From Haplodiscus bocki (taxonomy: Eukaryota), in the NCBI GenBank assembly GCA_965655095.1, contig OZ296648.1, positions 71,052,001 to 71,116,000 of the forward strand: a stretch of DNA of 64,000 nt, read 5' to 3'. The position numbers and the translations under genes were made by a program. Shown here piece by piece: positions 1 to 14,177 of the stretch (the first letter of the stretch is position 1; each line of letters opens with the position of its first letter). The notes beneath the pieces are model-generated. The model made no database searches. It was not told the origin of the DNA and worked only from the letters and a program-made list of their open reading frames with translations.

Positions 1-92
1 TTCAATAATTAGATTGTTACTACAGGAGAAAGATCGACGTAATCTCGATAGGATTTCAGCGTCCCTCAGAAGTGTTCTGAATTGCTTCTCAC

Positions 93-320
93 CTTAACTG
101 GATCAAATTTGTCTTTTCTTCTCGCCCAGATTGCTAGAAAAACATACAAAAGTATGATACCAAGACAAAACACTGTCACAGCCGGGTTCGTGAGCAAATC
201 TTCAGGGTTTTCCCACACGGTGAAATCGGGTACATTAGGAGCCACCAGAAACTCAGAGGCGAAGTTTGTTAAGTGAGTGCATTCACAAATTGTCTCTTCA
301 ATAGTAGTGTTCAGAGATAC
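93..320 (-). CDS. PKD1-like (polycystin-1 family) exon: C-terminal half of the GPS motif plus first transmembrane helix
   Basis: Translates VSLNTTIEETICECTHLTNFASEFLVAPN...NPAVTVFCLGIILLYVFLAIWARRKDKFDPVK. CxCxHL|T-x-F GPS, hydrophobic TM1 and WARRKD are typical of polycystin-1-like proteins. Acceptor tttcag at 326-321, donor GTGAG at 92; 228 nt, phase 0/0. Confidence 0.92.
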
Positions 321-978
321 CTGAAAATTACTCATCTGGATATCAACTGTAAAACTCAAAAGTTATATTTCCGGCAGGATGGTGAAGTCAAGTCTTTTTC
401 TCTGATACTTTTCAAAATATGGGCTGATGGGGCTTTTCAAGATAATGGAGGTCAAATTTTTACATTCGGACAAACAGTTGTGGCATTTGGAATGTTTGCT
501 AGAAAATATGCATTTGGAAAGATAGCAGCTGTATCAGCGGAATTAGCCACGTCCTCGGAAGCATTCCAGTTCTTAGTGAAAAAATATGGTAACTGGGTAC
601 TGCTTTCCTACGATGAAACTCTGCATATATCATTCGCTGATTCGAATATTGCCAATCACAGACAGAACTTGAGCCTTCTGAAAATATAAACAGTGTTTCT
701 TGTAGCTAAAACACTCTGAGAATACTCAATTTTTACGCTGCTCATCTGTCGGGAGCAAAAATTTTGGTCACACATAGAAAGCGTATCACAAAAATTTTGT
801 ATTTTTTTGTTGAACTTCGTAGGCGCGACCGTTTGATGTTTCTGAAATTTTCTGGTATCGAAAGATTTTATGCATAAGGGGTATACGGGGATATCACGAT
901 TTTTTGTGGGAAAATTTTTTGTCTCACAGTACCGACAAACAATTTCACAGGGGCACCACTTGATGTTTTTGAGAAGTT

Positions 979-1795
979 CCCGGGCTGAAAAAACATGGCT
1001 GCCATGCCATGATCTTGCCATGATCATGGTATGATCATGGCGAAACATGATCATGTCAGGATGACGGCATGGCGGCCATGTTTCTTGGCATGGTCGTCAT
1101 GATTCATGGCATGATCATGGTATGATTACCATGTTTTCCATGATTCATACCATGATCATGGTATGATCATCATGTTTTCCATGTTTTTTTCTGAAAAAAT
1201 GGATTGTTTGCCAATGCTTTCTCAGATAGTTTTACCATATACCTTTATATGGCACACTTGACTGCCCTTAGAGGCCTTTACGCCTTCAAAGAGGCGAGTC
1301 GTCAAAATTAAACGAAGCTTACTCCAGAAAAAGATTTCTTCGGTCATAACGAAACAGCAAGTTCTTATTAAACAACAGTTTCAATATAACATACATATTA
1401 CAGCTTTTTGTTATTTTTGGTAATTTCGACATTTTGGGAGAGAAATCCATTTTATTAAACGTCTTTCGGGTACTTTCTGATGGGTTCGTCCAAGATGTTC
1501 CATATTAAAAAGTAACGGACTACCGCTTGGTTATTAATTAACAAAGTTGGCTGGATAATTAGCGTCCTGACTACGTTATAATAATGACCATGGTCACCAT
1601 GGCATGATCATGCTATTTTCCATGACGGCCATGCCATGATCATGTTATATTTCAGGATGACCATGACATGATCTTGCCATGATCACACCATGGTGAGTAT
1701 GAAACACCATGATCATACCATGGTGAGTATGAATCACCATGATCATACCATGTCATAGCATGATCGTCATATTTGACCATGGCCGTCAAACCGGG
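979..1795. mobile_element. non-autonomous CMC/EnSpm-like DNA transposon, family A (CATGAT subterminal repeats)
   Basis: Ends CCCGGGCTGA...TCAAACCGGG, flanked by TT/TT. Dense CATG/CATGAT repeats at both ends. Colinear homolog at 21430-22094. Confidence 0.8.
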
Positions 1796-2794
1796 TTGCC
1801 TGTGGCTTATATTTGTCTTTGACTGTCCTGGAATTCTGTCAAATTTAGTAAAATACGGTAAAAGAGAAAAAATATGAAAGAAGTGGACAATTAGTTGTGA
1901 TCTTATAAATAAGATAAAAAAGAGAAAAGTTGATTACAAAAGGTCAGGTTTTTCTGCCAAAACGCCGATTAAACATTACATGTTGAAAAACAAGTAGTTT
2001 GTTGCTGAAAAACCCTTTTGATTAAGATGCTGTATCCAAGAAGTGCAATGCATTGCAAATTGCATACACTTTGTTCGTAAATTTTGCAAGTTGCATACAC
2101 TTTTTTTCCAAGATTTATAAGTTGCATGGAAATTTTTTTGATTTTTTCCTGCATGATCCCTGAATTTTCTGTTTTTTGAAAAAATAGGCCTGTGTGCATT
2201 AGTGCAACGTGCAAAATCTTCATGCAAGCTCAACTCTGGTGGGAAAATAACTGAACATGTGTTTGTAAGAACAAGACCTGAAAAAAAAGTCGGCGTCGCC
2301 CGTAAGGCTCAGCATACTTTGAGCATGGTGAGGTTTTCAGTGTTGGGAAAATTTTTTGGAGATTTATTTGTATCACGAATAAATTATGGATCGATATTTG
2401 GTCCCACATTTGTTCGGAAATGTGTGAGATTTTGTTATATTTTTTGGTATGAATATAAAAATTTAGCCAATACTGGGATTTGGAACCCTTTTGTCCTACC
2501 CATTAGGCCACACCATGTAAACAAAAAAGTACTGAAATTGGTCTGTTTGTCAGTGAGGAGGATTAAAAAATGAACAAAATTGTAAAAGTCGACCATTTTA
2601 TTGCTTAAAACACCAACTAAAACCCTGAGACACGCCGACTAAAAACCTTAACACCTCATTCTCTCAAGAAAATATTTGTGTAAACTGAAAAGCAAATCAG
2701 TGAGCCAGAATATGTTGAAGAAATAGCTACTTTAATTTTTAACTATCTTATAAAGTTTTATGTCTGGAGCTTTCAGAATCAATGGAACAGATTA

Positions 2795-3393
2795 CCCTAA
2801 TTGAAAAACAGGAAAGTTTTGTAAGATTTTATATGTTACCGAACACTTTTTGAATGATTTTGGGTGATTCATAATAAATTTTACATGCCTAAATTTTGTC
2901 TGCTGCTGTAATGTGTTTCAAATTTCTTCAAGGAAATTCATAAAATTAGGCGGGGTTTTGTAATTTGCTTCCAAAATCTGGCAGACGAAAAATAAATAAA
3001 ATTTTGCAAGTTTTTGGATGCAGCCTAATTAATTTTACAAGTGATAGACAAACTTACAAGTTGGCCGCGCATTAAAATAGTAATAACGCAGATTAATTTT
3101 ATAACTACCAACGCCAAGTCACTCCTAAGCAAACAATGGTTTAACGGTCGAGGCGTCTAGGAAATAACAAATACGAGGACCTCTTAAGTAGTAGTGATTG
3201 AGTCGATAGAAGTGCGAGAACTTTTCCATTTTCTAATATTACTTTGACATCTTGAACAAACTTTTGCTGCTGCAGCGAAAAAATTCAAAATACATGTATG
3301 CTAATTGTCTAAATTTTCCATGTTTTAGAAAAAAAAAGTTTGGCTGCATGCATGCATGCATTTTGGATGTTTTATCTGAACGTCTCACTAGGG
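2795..3393. mobile_element. non-autonomous CCC...GGG element, family B
   Basis: CCCTAATTGA...TCACTAGGG with TA/TA flanks. Inverted homolog at 16014-16597; degraded partial copy at about 3645-3900. Confidence 0.78.
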
Positions 3394-4079
3394 TACAGAC
3401 ATTTTTCATTTTCACTTGTTTGTAACCACGTTTGTTTCCACAATGTTCGATCTTTTGATAGCTTTTGGGAAGCCCCGGTGGTGTAGAGGTAGGATAAAGG
3501 AAATGAAAATATTCAAAATTTATTCCAAAAATAGGTATTTGTATAACATATATCATTTTCTATCATTTAAATTGCTGAAAAACAATAAAAAAGGTATTTC
3601 AAATTAATTTCCACTCTACCTCACTGAGCTAGCTAGAACTAGAATTCTAACTGGAAAAACTAATCGAATTTGCATGACTTTTTTTTGAAATTATTGGTTG
3701 CCAAAGACTTTTTGAATGATTTCAAACTATTCATATACAGTTGTTATGCTCCTATTTTTTTTGATGAATGCTATAAAGTTTGGTTAGGTTTTATAAATTG
3801 CATGTGAAGTTTGAGAAACAACAAATAACATAAATTTTCTAGTTTCCAGATGCTAATGAAGTGATTTTATATGTAGCACAAACAACTTTCTGATTTTACC
3901 ACGGTATGTAGCTGAAACAAATTTGTTCATGTATTTTAGAAATTCTGAAGCATCGAAAGATTGTTTAATTATTCACAGTAAAGGTAAACATAAAGTAATA
4001 AACATAAAGTAAACATGAATAAACATAAAGTAGAAATTCTTGTACTTGACTACAGTAGCTTTAAATCAATAGAGCTTAA

Positions 4080-4996
4080 CCCGGGTTGACGTCCCAGAGA
4101 AATTCAGCGCTGATCAGCTCTGATACAGAATAATTTCAGGTCTGTTTCAGTGCTGTTCATTACCTGAAAATCTCTGAACAGCGCTGATTCAGCTCTGAAC
4201 AGCGCTGAAAACGAAAAATTACAGAGCTAAGAATCAGCGCTAAAACAGCGCTGTTTCAGCGCTGATTCAGAGCTGAACAGCCCTAATTTCGTCTCAAACA
4301 GCGCTGAACAGCGCTGATTTTCGACGGATTCAGAATTACAATTTTTGGTTTACTTATTCTTTTCGAAATTTTACGAAAAACCTCATTTTTGAGGCACAAT
4401 ATGAAAATTTCCAGCCCAATTTGCGAAAAAAAGTGGGCAACAAAAATTTAGTTTCCCAATCTTTATGCAGGTCGAAGGTATTATAATTACTCTAAAGTTT
4501 GGGTTTTCTCTTACTGCTCAAGTAACAAACTGATATGGTTCAATTTTTCGAAATTATTTTCCCGTTTAGTCGGATCACCTTTGAAGATTATTTCAGAAAA
4601 CTTGAATTTTGTTGTCTTTTTAAAGAATATTGGGGGAAAATTACTTTTTTTGAAAACGAGAAGTGCATTTGAATTACCACTTCAAGCGGTTTCATCACTT
4701 CTGACTACGTTATCATATTTTGATAGTCTCATCTACAAGTGTAAATATCAGAGCTGATTCAGAGTAAATCAGCACTGAATCAGAGCTCTTCAGCGCTGAA
4801 AATCCTTTGTTTCAGAGCTTAAAAAATCAGGGCTGAACAGCGCTGATTCAGAGCTATTTGTCTCTGAAACAGCGCTGAATTTTTCAGTTCTGAACAGCGC
4901 TAATTTAGAGAAATTCATCTGAATCAGCGTTGAAAAACGTCAAATATCTGAAATAGCGCTGTTCAGAGCTGATTATCTCTGGAACTTCAACCCGGG
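4080..4996. mobile_element. non-autonomous CMC/EnSpm-like element, family C (CAGCGCTG subterminal repeats)
   Basis: CCCGGGTTGA...TCAACCCGGG with AA/AA flanks; many AACAGCGCTGA repeats near both ends. Confidence 0.85.
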
Positions 4997-6044
4997 AAGA
5001 GCGTTCACTGATGTTATTTAGCCAATAAAATCTTATTAATTGCTCTCTATTGACAATTTCAATAGTTAATATTTGCCAGTTTTGCTTTTCTCTGTCGTTT
5101 TTTTGAACTTTTGAAGTTTGACCATGTTAGAAAAATCTTTTTGAAGAAATTGTTGACCACAAAAGTTCCCCAGAATTTCTTGAATCCTGTGATAAACTTT
5201 GATAGAAATATTTTGAATTTAAAAAGATATCGCAAATTTTCAGAATACAATTCTTAAAAGCTATCTTAAAACATGTAACTTGAAAGTTCATTGTATAAAA
5301 ACAGCAATTTATTGCGCAATTTGAAATAATTTTGAAACTAAGTATATTAATGGTTTCAAGATATTTAGGGGAACATTTACGTACAAATTGTGTCCAAAAA
5401 ATTTTCATTGAGGCTTTTAAAAATCAAAAGTAGTAAATTTATTTAAAATTGTCCAAAAATGACCATTTCTAACTTTTGCTGTATTGGTTGCAAAATTCTG
5501 AAACAAAAACTATTGTAAGCTTCACAAAAATCTAAGAAACTTTTCTTTCTACCAGAAGTAATCATTTCGAATAGTTTCGGAGATATTGATGTCTAAATTT
5601 GACTGCCCGATTAGTTTTCCAATAGCTGTTGCACAGGCAAAAATTTGTGTGATTTCTCTGGGTTTTCTATTTTTCCCAGGTATGCTGAACGGAATCAACT
5701 CAACAAATACTGCAATTACCCTTGAAATACGTTCAGAAAGAAAGAAAGTAGCAAGAATCTAACAATCAATTCAGAACCAAGCGTTCTGCATTGGTTCAGA
5801 GAACAACAATAATGATCTTATCCGAAAAGTTAATTCATTTTGTATTTCTTTTCAGACAAATTAAACCATTGCAAAGCATTTTTTCGAAGATTCCTAAATC
5901 TTGATATTTTTAAACTTGTTCCTTGAGAAAATACCTTCAACAGGTATAAAGTTCATCAGATTTCACCTCCAAGGGTCATTTATGCTTGACTTTTTGTGAA
6001 ATTCATAAATTAGCAGAACATTTCAAAATTTTGCAATGCGTGTG

Positions 6045-6247
6045 CACTGGGCCTATAGAAAACTTCTTACGGTCCCAGGGCTGGGACCAGGAGTGACTTA
6101 CTAGGGTCCCAGGGCAGCACCGAGTGATAACTTAGTAAACCTCATGAGTGCATCCCTGGGCCCGTACTAAGTCATCCCCGATTCCCTTGTACCCCATCCC
6201 TGTCTTACCAAGAATGCCCTGTGTTATCCCTGAGCGGTCAACCCGGA
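6045..6247. mobile_element. short GC-rich palindromic MITE-like element
   Basis: Internal inverted repeats (GAGTGACTTACTAGGGTCCCAGGG / CCCTGGGCCCGTACTAAGTCATC) and a GTCAACCCGG right end like the other families; left end uncertain. Confidence 0.5.
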
Positions 6248-6259
6248 AAACCTATTTTA

Positions 6260-8811
6260 CCTGGGTTGAGTTTCAATTGTTAAAAAAAGGATTTCCATGG
6301 AGATCCATCGATGAAAACGATTTCCATCGATTCTTCATCGAATTTAACGAATCGCATCTGATGATTCACTAAATCGATTCAAATCAACGGACTATCGTTT
6401 CAGATTGATGGACAATCGATTCAAATCAGTACGATTCGGTCGAAAATTTGAAAGCAGGGACTCTCAGGTAACCCAATCCAGAACACATTGTTAACATTGA
6501 TCCATTAATGTTGTCATCAATAACATCAATGATGAACCAGTTCTACATCGAACATCGTAGGCTTTGATGATTTTTTGATGTCACATAATGCTTCATCCGT
6601 GTACTTAATGTTTTTCGCCAATAAAGCCAATGATGCTCCGTCGAGTAAACATCAATGATTCATTGAAGTGTTCTGTGGCTGACTTTAAAGCGCGGAATGT
6701 ACAAATTCTTGACATTTCATTAATTCAAATATAGCTGAGCAAATTTTTAGCTCAATATAATGATTTCAAAACAAAAAGAACCTTAGTTTCAGATAAAATT
6801 ATTAGTTAGTTCTGCAATAGTAGCCATTTCTCTACTGGAAGGCAAGGAGATGAAGGATGAAATGAAAAGAGTAAAAGGTGCCACTTTGACCACAGAACAA
6901 GTCCTTTGCATTTTCTTGATGGTATTTTAATAAACTCAGTTTTATCTGCAATTTACGTAGTCAAAATACGCAAATTGTCTGGGAACGAATTTTCCCATCG
7001 AAAATCGAAAAAGAGCGATAACGATTGTTGATTTTTCTCTATTGCAAGTATGGCCCTGCGACTTAAAGTTACTCAAGCTGTGATTCTGTTTTTTTTTACC
7101 TCATCCAGTGGATAATATTGATGATTGACATTCCTTCGAGTATTTTCAAACTTCTCGTAAATTTATGATTCAGAGGTGATTGATGCATGAGTCATTAATG
7201 GAATATTGATGTTTTCCCCACTGCAAGGGATCATGCTGGGCTTGCCAAACTCTTGGAGACACTTGGAAACGCGGAGCGGGCAGGCACAAGACAAATCAGA
7301 ACGGTCGATACTGGTGGCTGCGCGTGGCCTAATCGTGATAAGAACTTGACCAGCATTCCAAGTCTATTTATTTACTAAGACCCTGACAAGCACGGCAAGA
7401 AAAAGCACTTCCCAAAAAGAATTCGAAAAATCTGATTGAAGTCTTTCGGAAATTAGCGGCTAGTTTGTCGATATCGGGGCGAGAATGCCACTATTGACGG
7501 TAGCGTTCTAGTGAAATGACAATAACGCCTATGCAATGGCAACAACTACCATCAACACTTCTAGCATTCTGGTTAACTGCCCTGGTAGCCGATGCACCAT
7601 TAGTAAACTGGTGCTTTACAAAACTCACCAAATGGCATATGAAAAATATGAATTCATTATTGTTCAATGCGCTTTTTTATCGAGGGCTTCAATTTTTTCA
7701 ACGCATATTTTCACTTGACAGTATTGAATGCGAGTATGACCGGCAATGTCCAGATCAGACAGAACTAGACAAAAATTGAACTAGCATACACTTCACTTAT
7801 TAGAGGTGTTCATTTTGAAATGGTGATGGTCACCAGTTTCTGAGTGAGACCGGTTTGGAGTCGAACCTTTTACTGCAGTGACTTTTGCCTAAGTTCTCGT
7901 TGCAGCGTTGTTGGTCTTGCGGATGAAAACTAATCGGGGTCAGTGGCTTTGTTTGCGATACTTTTAATTCAAAGAATGAACAAAAAGAGTGGGAGTATCG
8001 AGCTTTGCAAAACTCCTTGTTGGCATTCGATTTCCGAAGAAGTTTCTCTTTTTAAAAATTTCCGGATTCTGCTTGAGATTAGGTAATCTAACTTAAGTGG
8101 CAAGGTTTCTTGGACACGTTTCGAGAAGCTTGTTTGATAACATTTAAGAATTCAATTCTGTTAAAAATTTTCTCTTAATCAGTGTTGTGATGATTCAGTC
8201 GATCATTGATGGCTTCCAGGTGAAAATGCGAATCACAAAGACCAATTAATGATGTGAAGTATCTGACTTAGCAGGCTTGGCAAAACGCTATGCAGCCTTG
8301 TCATCTTTCATTTTTACAATGGCAGCATATCAATGCATCTTGGCAAGTCTACCATGAACCGCTGCGCTTTGTTAGAATCTTGTATTGTGTACTCATCAAT
8401 GATCTTTAATGTTTTCATCGAAATTTTCAATATTTCCTCAACGTTTTATCGACGTTTCTTCAAAAATTTGTGAAAAAATCTTCCATAGAATATCGATGTT
8501 TCAGAAATTGAAACAATGTAAACATTAATGATTTTCAATGTTTGCGTCAAAAATATCAATGTTTCATCAATATAGGATCGATGTGTCTCCAAAGAATCAT
8601 CAACAAATTATCAATGGAATATCAATCGCTCATTGATGTTTCACAAATTAGCACATTATAAACATTAATGATCTTAAATGTTCGCATCGAATTCATCAAC
8701 GTTTTGTCAATGTTGCATCGTTGCTGCATCGTTGCCTCTTTAATGAACAGGCCTGTTTTTGATGACGACATCAATGATTCATCACTATTTCCAATATTTT
8801 CTCGACTGAGG
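6260..8811. mobile_element. 2.55-kb CMC/EnSpm-like element, family D (ATCGAT/ATCAATG subterminal repeats)
   Basis: CCTGGGTTGAG...CTCGACTGAGG with TA/TA flanks. ~400-bp CATCGATG/CATCAATG-rich blocks at both ends; no recognisable transposase inside. Confidence 0.7.
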
Positions 8812-11699
8812 TAGTCTTCAACTTCAAGTAGTGTACTTTTTGGGTTGCCTCAATCACACAGGTAGCAGTAAGGATGCATTTTGGCACCAAATTTTGTGAA
8901 GCCACATAAATTGTCAAATTTTCGGATTTGGTTTGATTTCTATGGTTGCTACGATTTTCGAGGAATGGTGATCATTTTAATTTTATGAAGTAAAAACTAA
9001 ATTTACGTAGGCTTTGAATGTCAAGACGCCAGGTTAAACCGAATTCATTTGCAATTTTGCTACTTCTTATAGTTTATTTATTTGAACAATTGATAATTTT
9101 TTGCATTATTTCCCAAAGAAAATTTCGTGGATAAAATCTTTACAGTCCAAACGTTTTACTGGCCACTGGTTTCACAAGTCAATGCCGTTTACGGATCGAA
9201 AAGACAACTTCGGATCACAGAACTGCTTCTGTGAGCGAAGCACTTATAAGAAATCGATTTGAACTGATTCTTCATCAATTTCAACAGATTTTAATCGATT
9301 TTTATTCAATTTCCCATCGATTCGAATGATGACCAAAAAGTGCTTAAAAATTTCGGTGAGATCGATTGAGATTGATCACCAAAGACAAGGTTCAAAATTG
9401 TTCCAAGAAATTGTAAAAGTTTCCAAGCAAAACAGGATGTTAGATGGTAGCGACGTCGAGATATTACCTCACTGAACGTTTCATGAAGTTTTGATTGATT
9501 TTTCAAGTTACATAACACTTTTTGAAGGTTTTTAAGTGATTCATAGAAAATTTTTCCGTTGCGTCGATAGTTTCCAATCTTTTCTCAATAAATTTTCAAA
9601 ATGACGGGGTTTTAAAAGCAACACAAAAATTTTGCATGACAAAAATGATTTTTTTCAAAGTTTTACGATACAACTGACGTTGTTTACATGTGGCAGACAT
9701 CTTTTCAATTAAACCGCAACTTTTAGCCGAAGTAGTTTGAGTTATAAATTAGGCATATTTTGGATACGTGATTAAGCCTCCAATGCAGTAGTGAAAACTC
9801 TTTAAACATAAAATTGCTGAAATTCGGAGGTTGTTGAGGGATAGATACATTACTTACTTGTACGTTTAATGCAACATTTCAGAACTTCATCCTAAATTAA
9901 CTAGAGTAGCAAAACATCTTTGGATTCTCATGCTCGCAAACCGTCAATTTCTTATGTTCGAACCGCGGTCCTTTGTCGTATCGTTCCAAATTCGCACGAG
10001 ATAAACGTGGGATGAATTTAGCCAAAAACAGGTAGCATTTTAATTACTGGTTGACGACAACAACTAGCTTCACTAGGCTACTATGAGCGTTCGGCGTCGA
10101 ATTTTGTCCCTAATAAGTCCACTTGCGATCAATTTTTCAACTTTTCTCAATTAAACATCTTCTTTTGGGAAAAATTTACATTTCTCAATTGGAAAGTATC
10201 TTTTTTTTCTGCTTTAAGAAAGTATGTTTGAGCTTAACTCGCACTAAAATTTTCTGAAATATCTGACTATTTGCGTTGAGATTCCAGATTGGTACCAAAA
10301 GTTTAATTTTCGCAGCGTTTTCGAAAGAATCTAGTTTTTCGACCGTGGAAAAAATACGTTTATCGCCCAATTGACCGATATTTTTTTCCTACCTCGTCAA
10401 AATCCTAAGAAAAAAATTGACAAAGGTGACTACTAACAAACAAAGTTCATTATTTTTGCAAGTTTCTGCTGGAAACCTCAAAAACTTTGAAAATTTAGTT
10501 GATAGAAACAGCTGTTTTTCCATTTCTTTTTCAAAGATTTCAATCTTTTGAGTTATGGCTGGTTTAGTAGGCTGCGCGTGCGGCCTAAATTTCTCTAGAA
10601 TTTTGAGTTTTGCGAATTTATTTCATAGGTTTGCTGTTCTTGTCAGAAGTGTGTTATGATTGTTGTGAAGCAAGCCGAAGTTTATCTAATTTTCCGTTCT
10701 TCTCAGATTTTTTGGAATCATGGTTCCAACATCAAGTTTTAGCCGTGTATCCTGTTTAACACAATATAATTTCGGAAAATGGTCGCAGAAGTAGATTTTT
10801 TGGAGTCTTCGTGTTTTATTAACGGACCAAAAGAGTCTTTTGTCCTTTAAGTTAGGCCATAATAGCCAGTTTAACATTCTCCTCAAAATTTTTGCAATTC
10901 GACTTCCTACATCAACAACATACTCAATAGCTTTAACTAATTTGTTGGAGAAGCACAAAAAAGTTTGGAAAACAGCAGGAAGTTTCAAAGTTGTACCTCA
11001 GGAAGATTTTTGGTGGTTAAAAATAAAAAAAAAATTATTGGATAATTTCTCAACTTTTTCAAACTTTCAGCTCGTTTGCCTTGTATTTTTGCTTTTCAGC
11101 TGCCAGTGCACTCGAGACACGAGGAAAGATCAATCGAAAAACCAAAAAAAAAGATTCATTGTTTTACCATTTGATAATAATTGTCTGAAGATGGCCGTTT
11201 TCTAAGTTTTTCAATCGTTTATTAGAGCTGAGTATTTTCCATCGCAAAATAGATTACAAAAAATTGGTTACTTCAGCATATACACTTTTCTCTTGCCTTT
11301 TGCTTGATTTAGCTTCATCAAGTTCGAAATTTTAGGAGAAGATTTATAGGCTCAAAAGATTTCTCCGCTGAAGTAGAGTTCCAGCCGAAAAATTGTCGCT
11401 CTTCGTCAGAATACTATTGAAAAAGTCCAAAAGATTTTTTTAAACAAACAAAATTCTCTCTAAAGGTTCCGCAGGACCAGTAGAAGTCAATTTTAACAAA
11501 ACCAGACTCTTCAGAAAAGCCGTAAAAAATTATGAATCGTTTTGAAAATTAACCGAACTGTCTACTGATAAAAAATCAATCTACAATAATGGATTTTTGT
11601 TCCAGTTTTCTGGTTCCTCAGAAGCCAGAAAAAAAGTTAAAACTACATCGAAATTTTTTTTTGCAGTTACTTCCTGTTTCGTTACACCTGCTTGCCAAA

Positions 11700-13100
11700 G
11701 AGAACATTGAGATTTGATTTTGCTGATAATTGAAAGTACGTTTCTTCCATAACTGCAATGTTCAATTCTTTCAGCGAGGTCTCTGTTGACAGAATTTTAC
11801 TTCAGAACGCCTTTTGAAGGGAAAATCAACGGTTTTTCGTTCTTTGCGTCGGACTTTTAACCGGTAGAAGTTGCCAAAAAGCTACAAATTTTTACAAGAC
11901 TGGGTTGTCAAACCCATAAATATCGAAAACTAAAGGCTTGTCTTTTCGAATCAAAGAATGAAATGATAGCTCTTGTTGGCGAAACTAATCAGTAGAAAAA
12001 CTGATTTTTTCTTGCTCTCTTCGTCGGAATCCTGAGACAGCAAAACCAGCAAAAATGCTATTAGTTTTGACATATCTCCATTTTGAATTTGTTATTTCGT
12101 AAAAATTATAGGCTTGACTGCTTCCATCAAGTTTTTGACCTATGTTTACAATCAATTGAAACTTTTTCAAATTGACTTGATTAACTTTCTTCCTCCAAAG
12201 GTCTCAAACAACAACTTTTCATCGGAGGATGAACTTTTTGTGTAAAAATCATCAATTTTCTCTTTCTCTTCTGCATCCTGACAGGCAGAACACGTGGAAA
12301 GATTTACCTTTGTTTACAGATCTCGTTTTCAAATTCAACATTCTCTGGACCTGCCACCTCGGGTTCTCTCCTCAAGGGCACTGTAGACAGCTGTCTACTC
12401 GAGGAAAATTAGACAATTGAAGACTTCTGGATTTTGATACTCGCGTCGGAATCCTGATAGTTCCAGAAAGTCAAAATTCATAATTGTTTTCAGTTCTTGT
12501 TTGTTTCAATTGTGTTCAAACTTCAATTGCAAATTTCTCCTCAAATAATTGCTTGAATGCTTGCATGAAAGTATAAATTGACAGCTTTGTATCTGTAGAA
12601 GGGTCTTGGAATTAAAATTGCTAGGTTTTTGAACAGATATTAGAATATTTTTGGTAGACACAGAACGTTGGTTTTGTTATTTTGTAGGCATTCAAACTCA
12701 TTGTTTGCTGAAACTCTTGGCTTGAATTCTTGCAATCGGGAATTTTCCTTCTGGTCAAAGAGTTTGAGAGAAACTTTTGTTAAGTGTTCGTTCAATCAAC
12801 CCTTTCCGTACCCTTTCGTTGGAAAATATCGAAGTGCAACAGCGGCTCTTGTTCATTTTTTTCACAAAACTTTGTTCGTTGGCCTTTCAAATATTTGTGA
12901 ACACCAATGCTGCTAAATCAAATAGAAAATGTTGGCTTTTGCGGATTCTCTGTAATTTTCGAAAGTTTCATGCGAGATGTTTTTCCTGGTCCAGTGCCAG
13001 CCTGAAACTGCAATTATATACAGTTTTTGTTCTTCACTCCCCCAAATCAGCTTTCAAGCTGCAGCTGTATCATGTCGCTTTCAAACGAAAGTATTTTGCG
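11700..13100 (-). repeat. decayed dispersed repeat family, unidentified; homologous to about 19000-19700
   Basis: Shared colinear blocks GCGTCGGAATC(C/A)TGATAGT(T)CCAGAAA, AATTGA(C/T)AGC..T.TATCT..GAAGGGT and TTC(A/G)AT.AACC...CCCTTT...AAAATATC. Confidence 0.55.
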
Positions 13101-13851
13101 AAAATTTTTCAAGCCTAAATACTACAAAACATTTTTTTTGAGTCAGTAGTGGGCATCCTTGCGCCCTAGGGCGTTCATATTTGGAATGATTCTCGAATGA
13201 AAAACCTCATACGTAGCAAAACTTGCATCTAATGGAATTTCTTATGCCTTTATGCAGTCAAAAAAATTTTCAGTCTTTAGCGAACGTCTTTGAAAAGATT
13301 TGCAAGAATTTTATAAGTTTCATTTTTTTCTGTGGTGTAGTATGTTGTTTCGATAATTTTTGAAATTTCCATATTGTTTTCGACAACTTTTCTAAATGGA
13401 ATTTTCGGAAACTGGCCGAATTTGTTTCAGCAGTCTTGAGAAGCTCCACTTTGCCTCTGTGTAATTTTAGTCGGTGCTGATTATGTGCCTAACTGCTACG
13501 GTGACTTTCGGTTTTCTTCCTCGCTTTGTTTTGTATTTTTCAAGACTTTCTTTTTTGGCGGAATTCGAAAAACTTTACTTTAACGCAGATTCCGTATGGC
13601 ATTTCTAGAGCAGAAGAATTTTTTTGCAGGCTGTATTAAAATCAGAACTGTATATATTCTCAAAATCCGTATCTGCGTTTTTACTTTTATAATCAGTAAC
13701 CAAGGAGGGCCTTCGCGAAAACTGATGAATAATTTGAGTGAAGAGCAAATCGAAGTTGAGAAATGATCTCAGTGATTATATTCATGTTTCTATTTGTTTT
13801 CGCACACTTTTTATTGCCCGGAGTCGCATTATTGAAGACTAATTATCTAAC

Positions 13852-13949
13852 CTCACATCCATCGGTAATCCATATGTTGTTTAACTCATCCCACCATTTA
13901 CAAGATCTAGAGAAGCTTGAGAAGGAGTAGTTGTACGCTGAATCCGTTC
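13852..13949 (-). CDS. PKD1-like exon: N-terminal half of the GPS motif (not in the ORF track)
   Basis: (G)TDSAYNYSFSSFSRSCKWWDELNNIWITDGCE, i.e. C-x-W-W...W-x-x-x-G-C. Joins in frame to VSLN...CECTHLT. AAG acceptor, GTTAGA donor; phase 1/0. Confidence 0.9.
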
Positions 13950-14035
13950 CTTATTTAAAACAAAATGAAAATATAATAAATTATTGATTGTTTAAGAAAA
14001 GAGAAGTATAAACCTGCAAGTTAATATATACTAAC

Positions 14036-14177
14036 CGAAATTTATCAAGCCGACATGTATTTCATCGCCATTTTTGTATTCTGACGATGAGATTAGGAGA
14101 CATTTGCGAGGGTTTTCTGTAGTTGGTAGGAATGTGTCCTTTTTTATGTAGTCTGCTTCCGTAGGCTGTTGATTAAT
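14036..14177 (-). CDS. PKD1-like exon (GAIN region; not in the ORF track)
   Basis: INQQPTEADYIKKDTFLPTTENPRKCLLISSSEYKNGDEIHVGLINF(G); stop-free; PT...Y pattern usual upstream of the PKD1-like GPS. AAG acceptor, GTTAGT donor; phase 0/1 matches both neighbours. Confidence 0.82.

Noticed and set aside
273-1054. ORFs 273..689 (+) and 656..1054 (-) as genes
   Set aside because: They lie in a PKD1-like intron or antisense to an exon, partly within repeats, and show no recognisable motifs.
2035-2239. TGCA-rich palindromic stretch as a further MITE family
   Set aside because: Plausible, but the ends are degenerate, no TSD is evident and there is no second copy in the window.
7220-7600. EnSpm transposase motifs (CxxC..G and VADAP)
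   Set aside because: The motif order is reversed relative to the expected DxPA-then-CxxC arrangement and stops intervene; probably chance.
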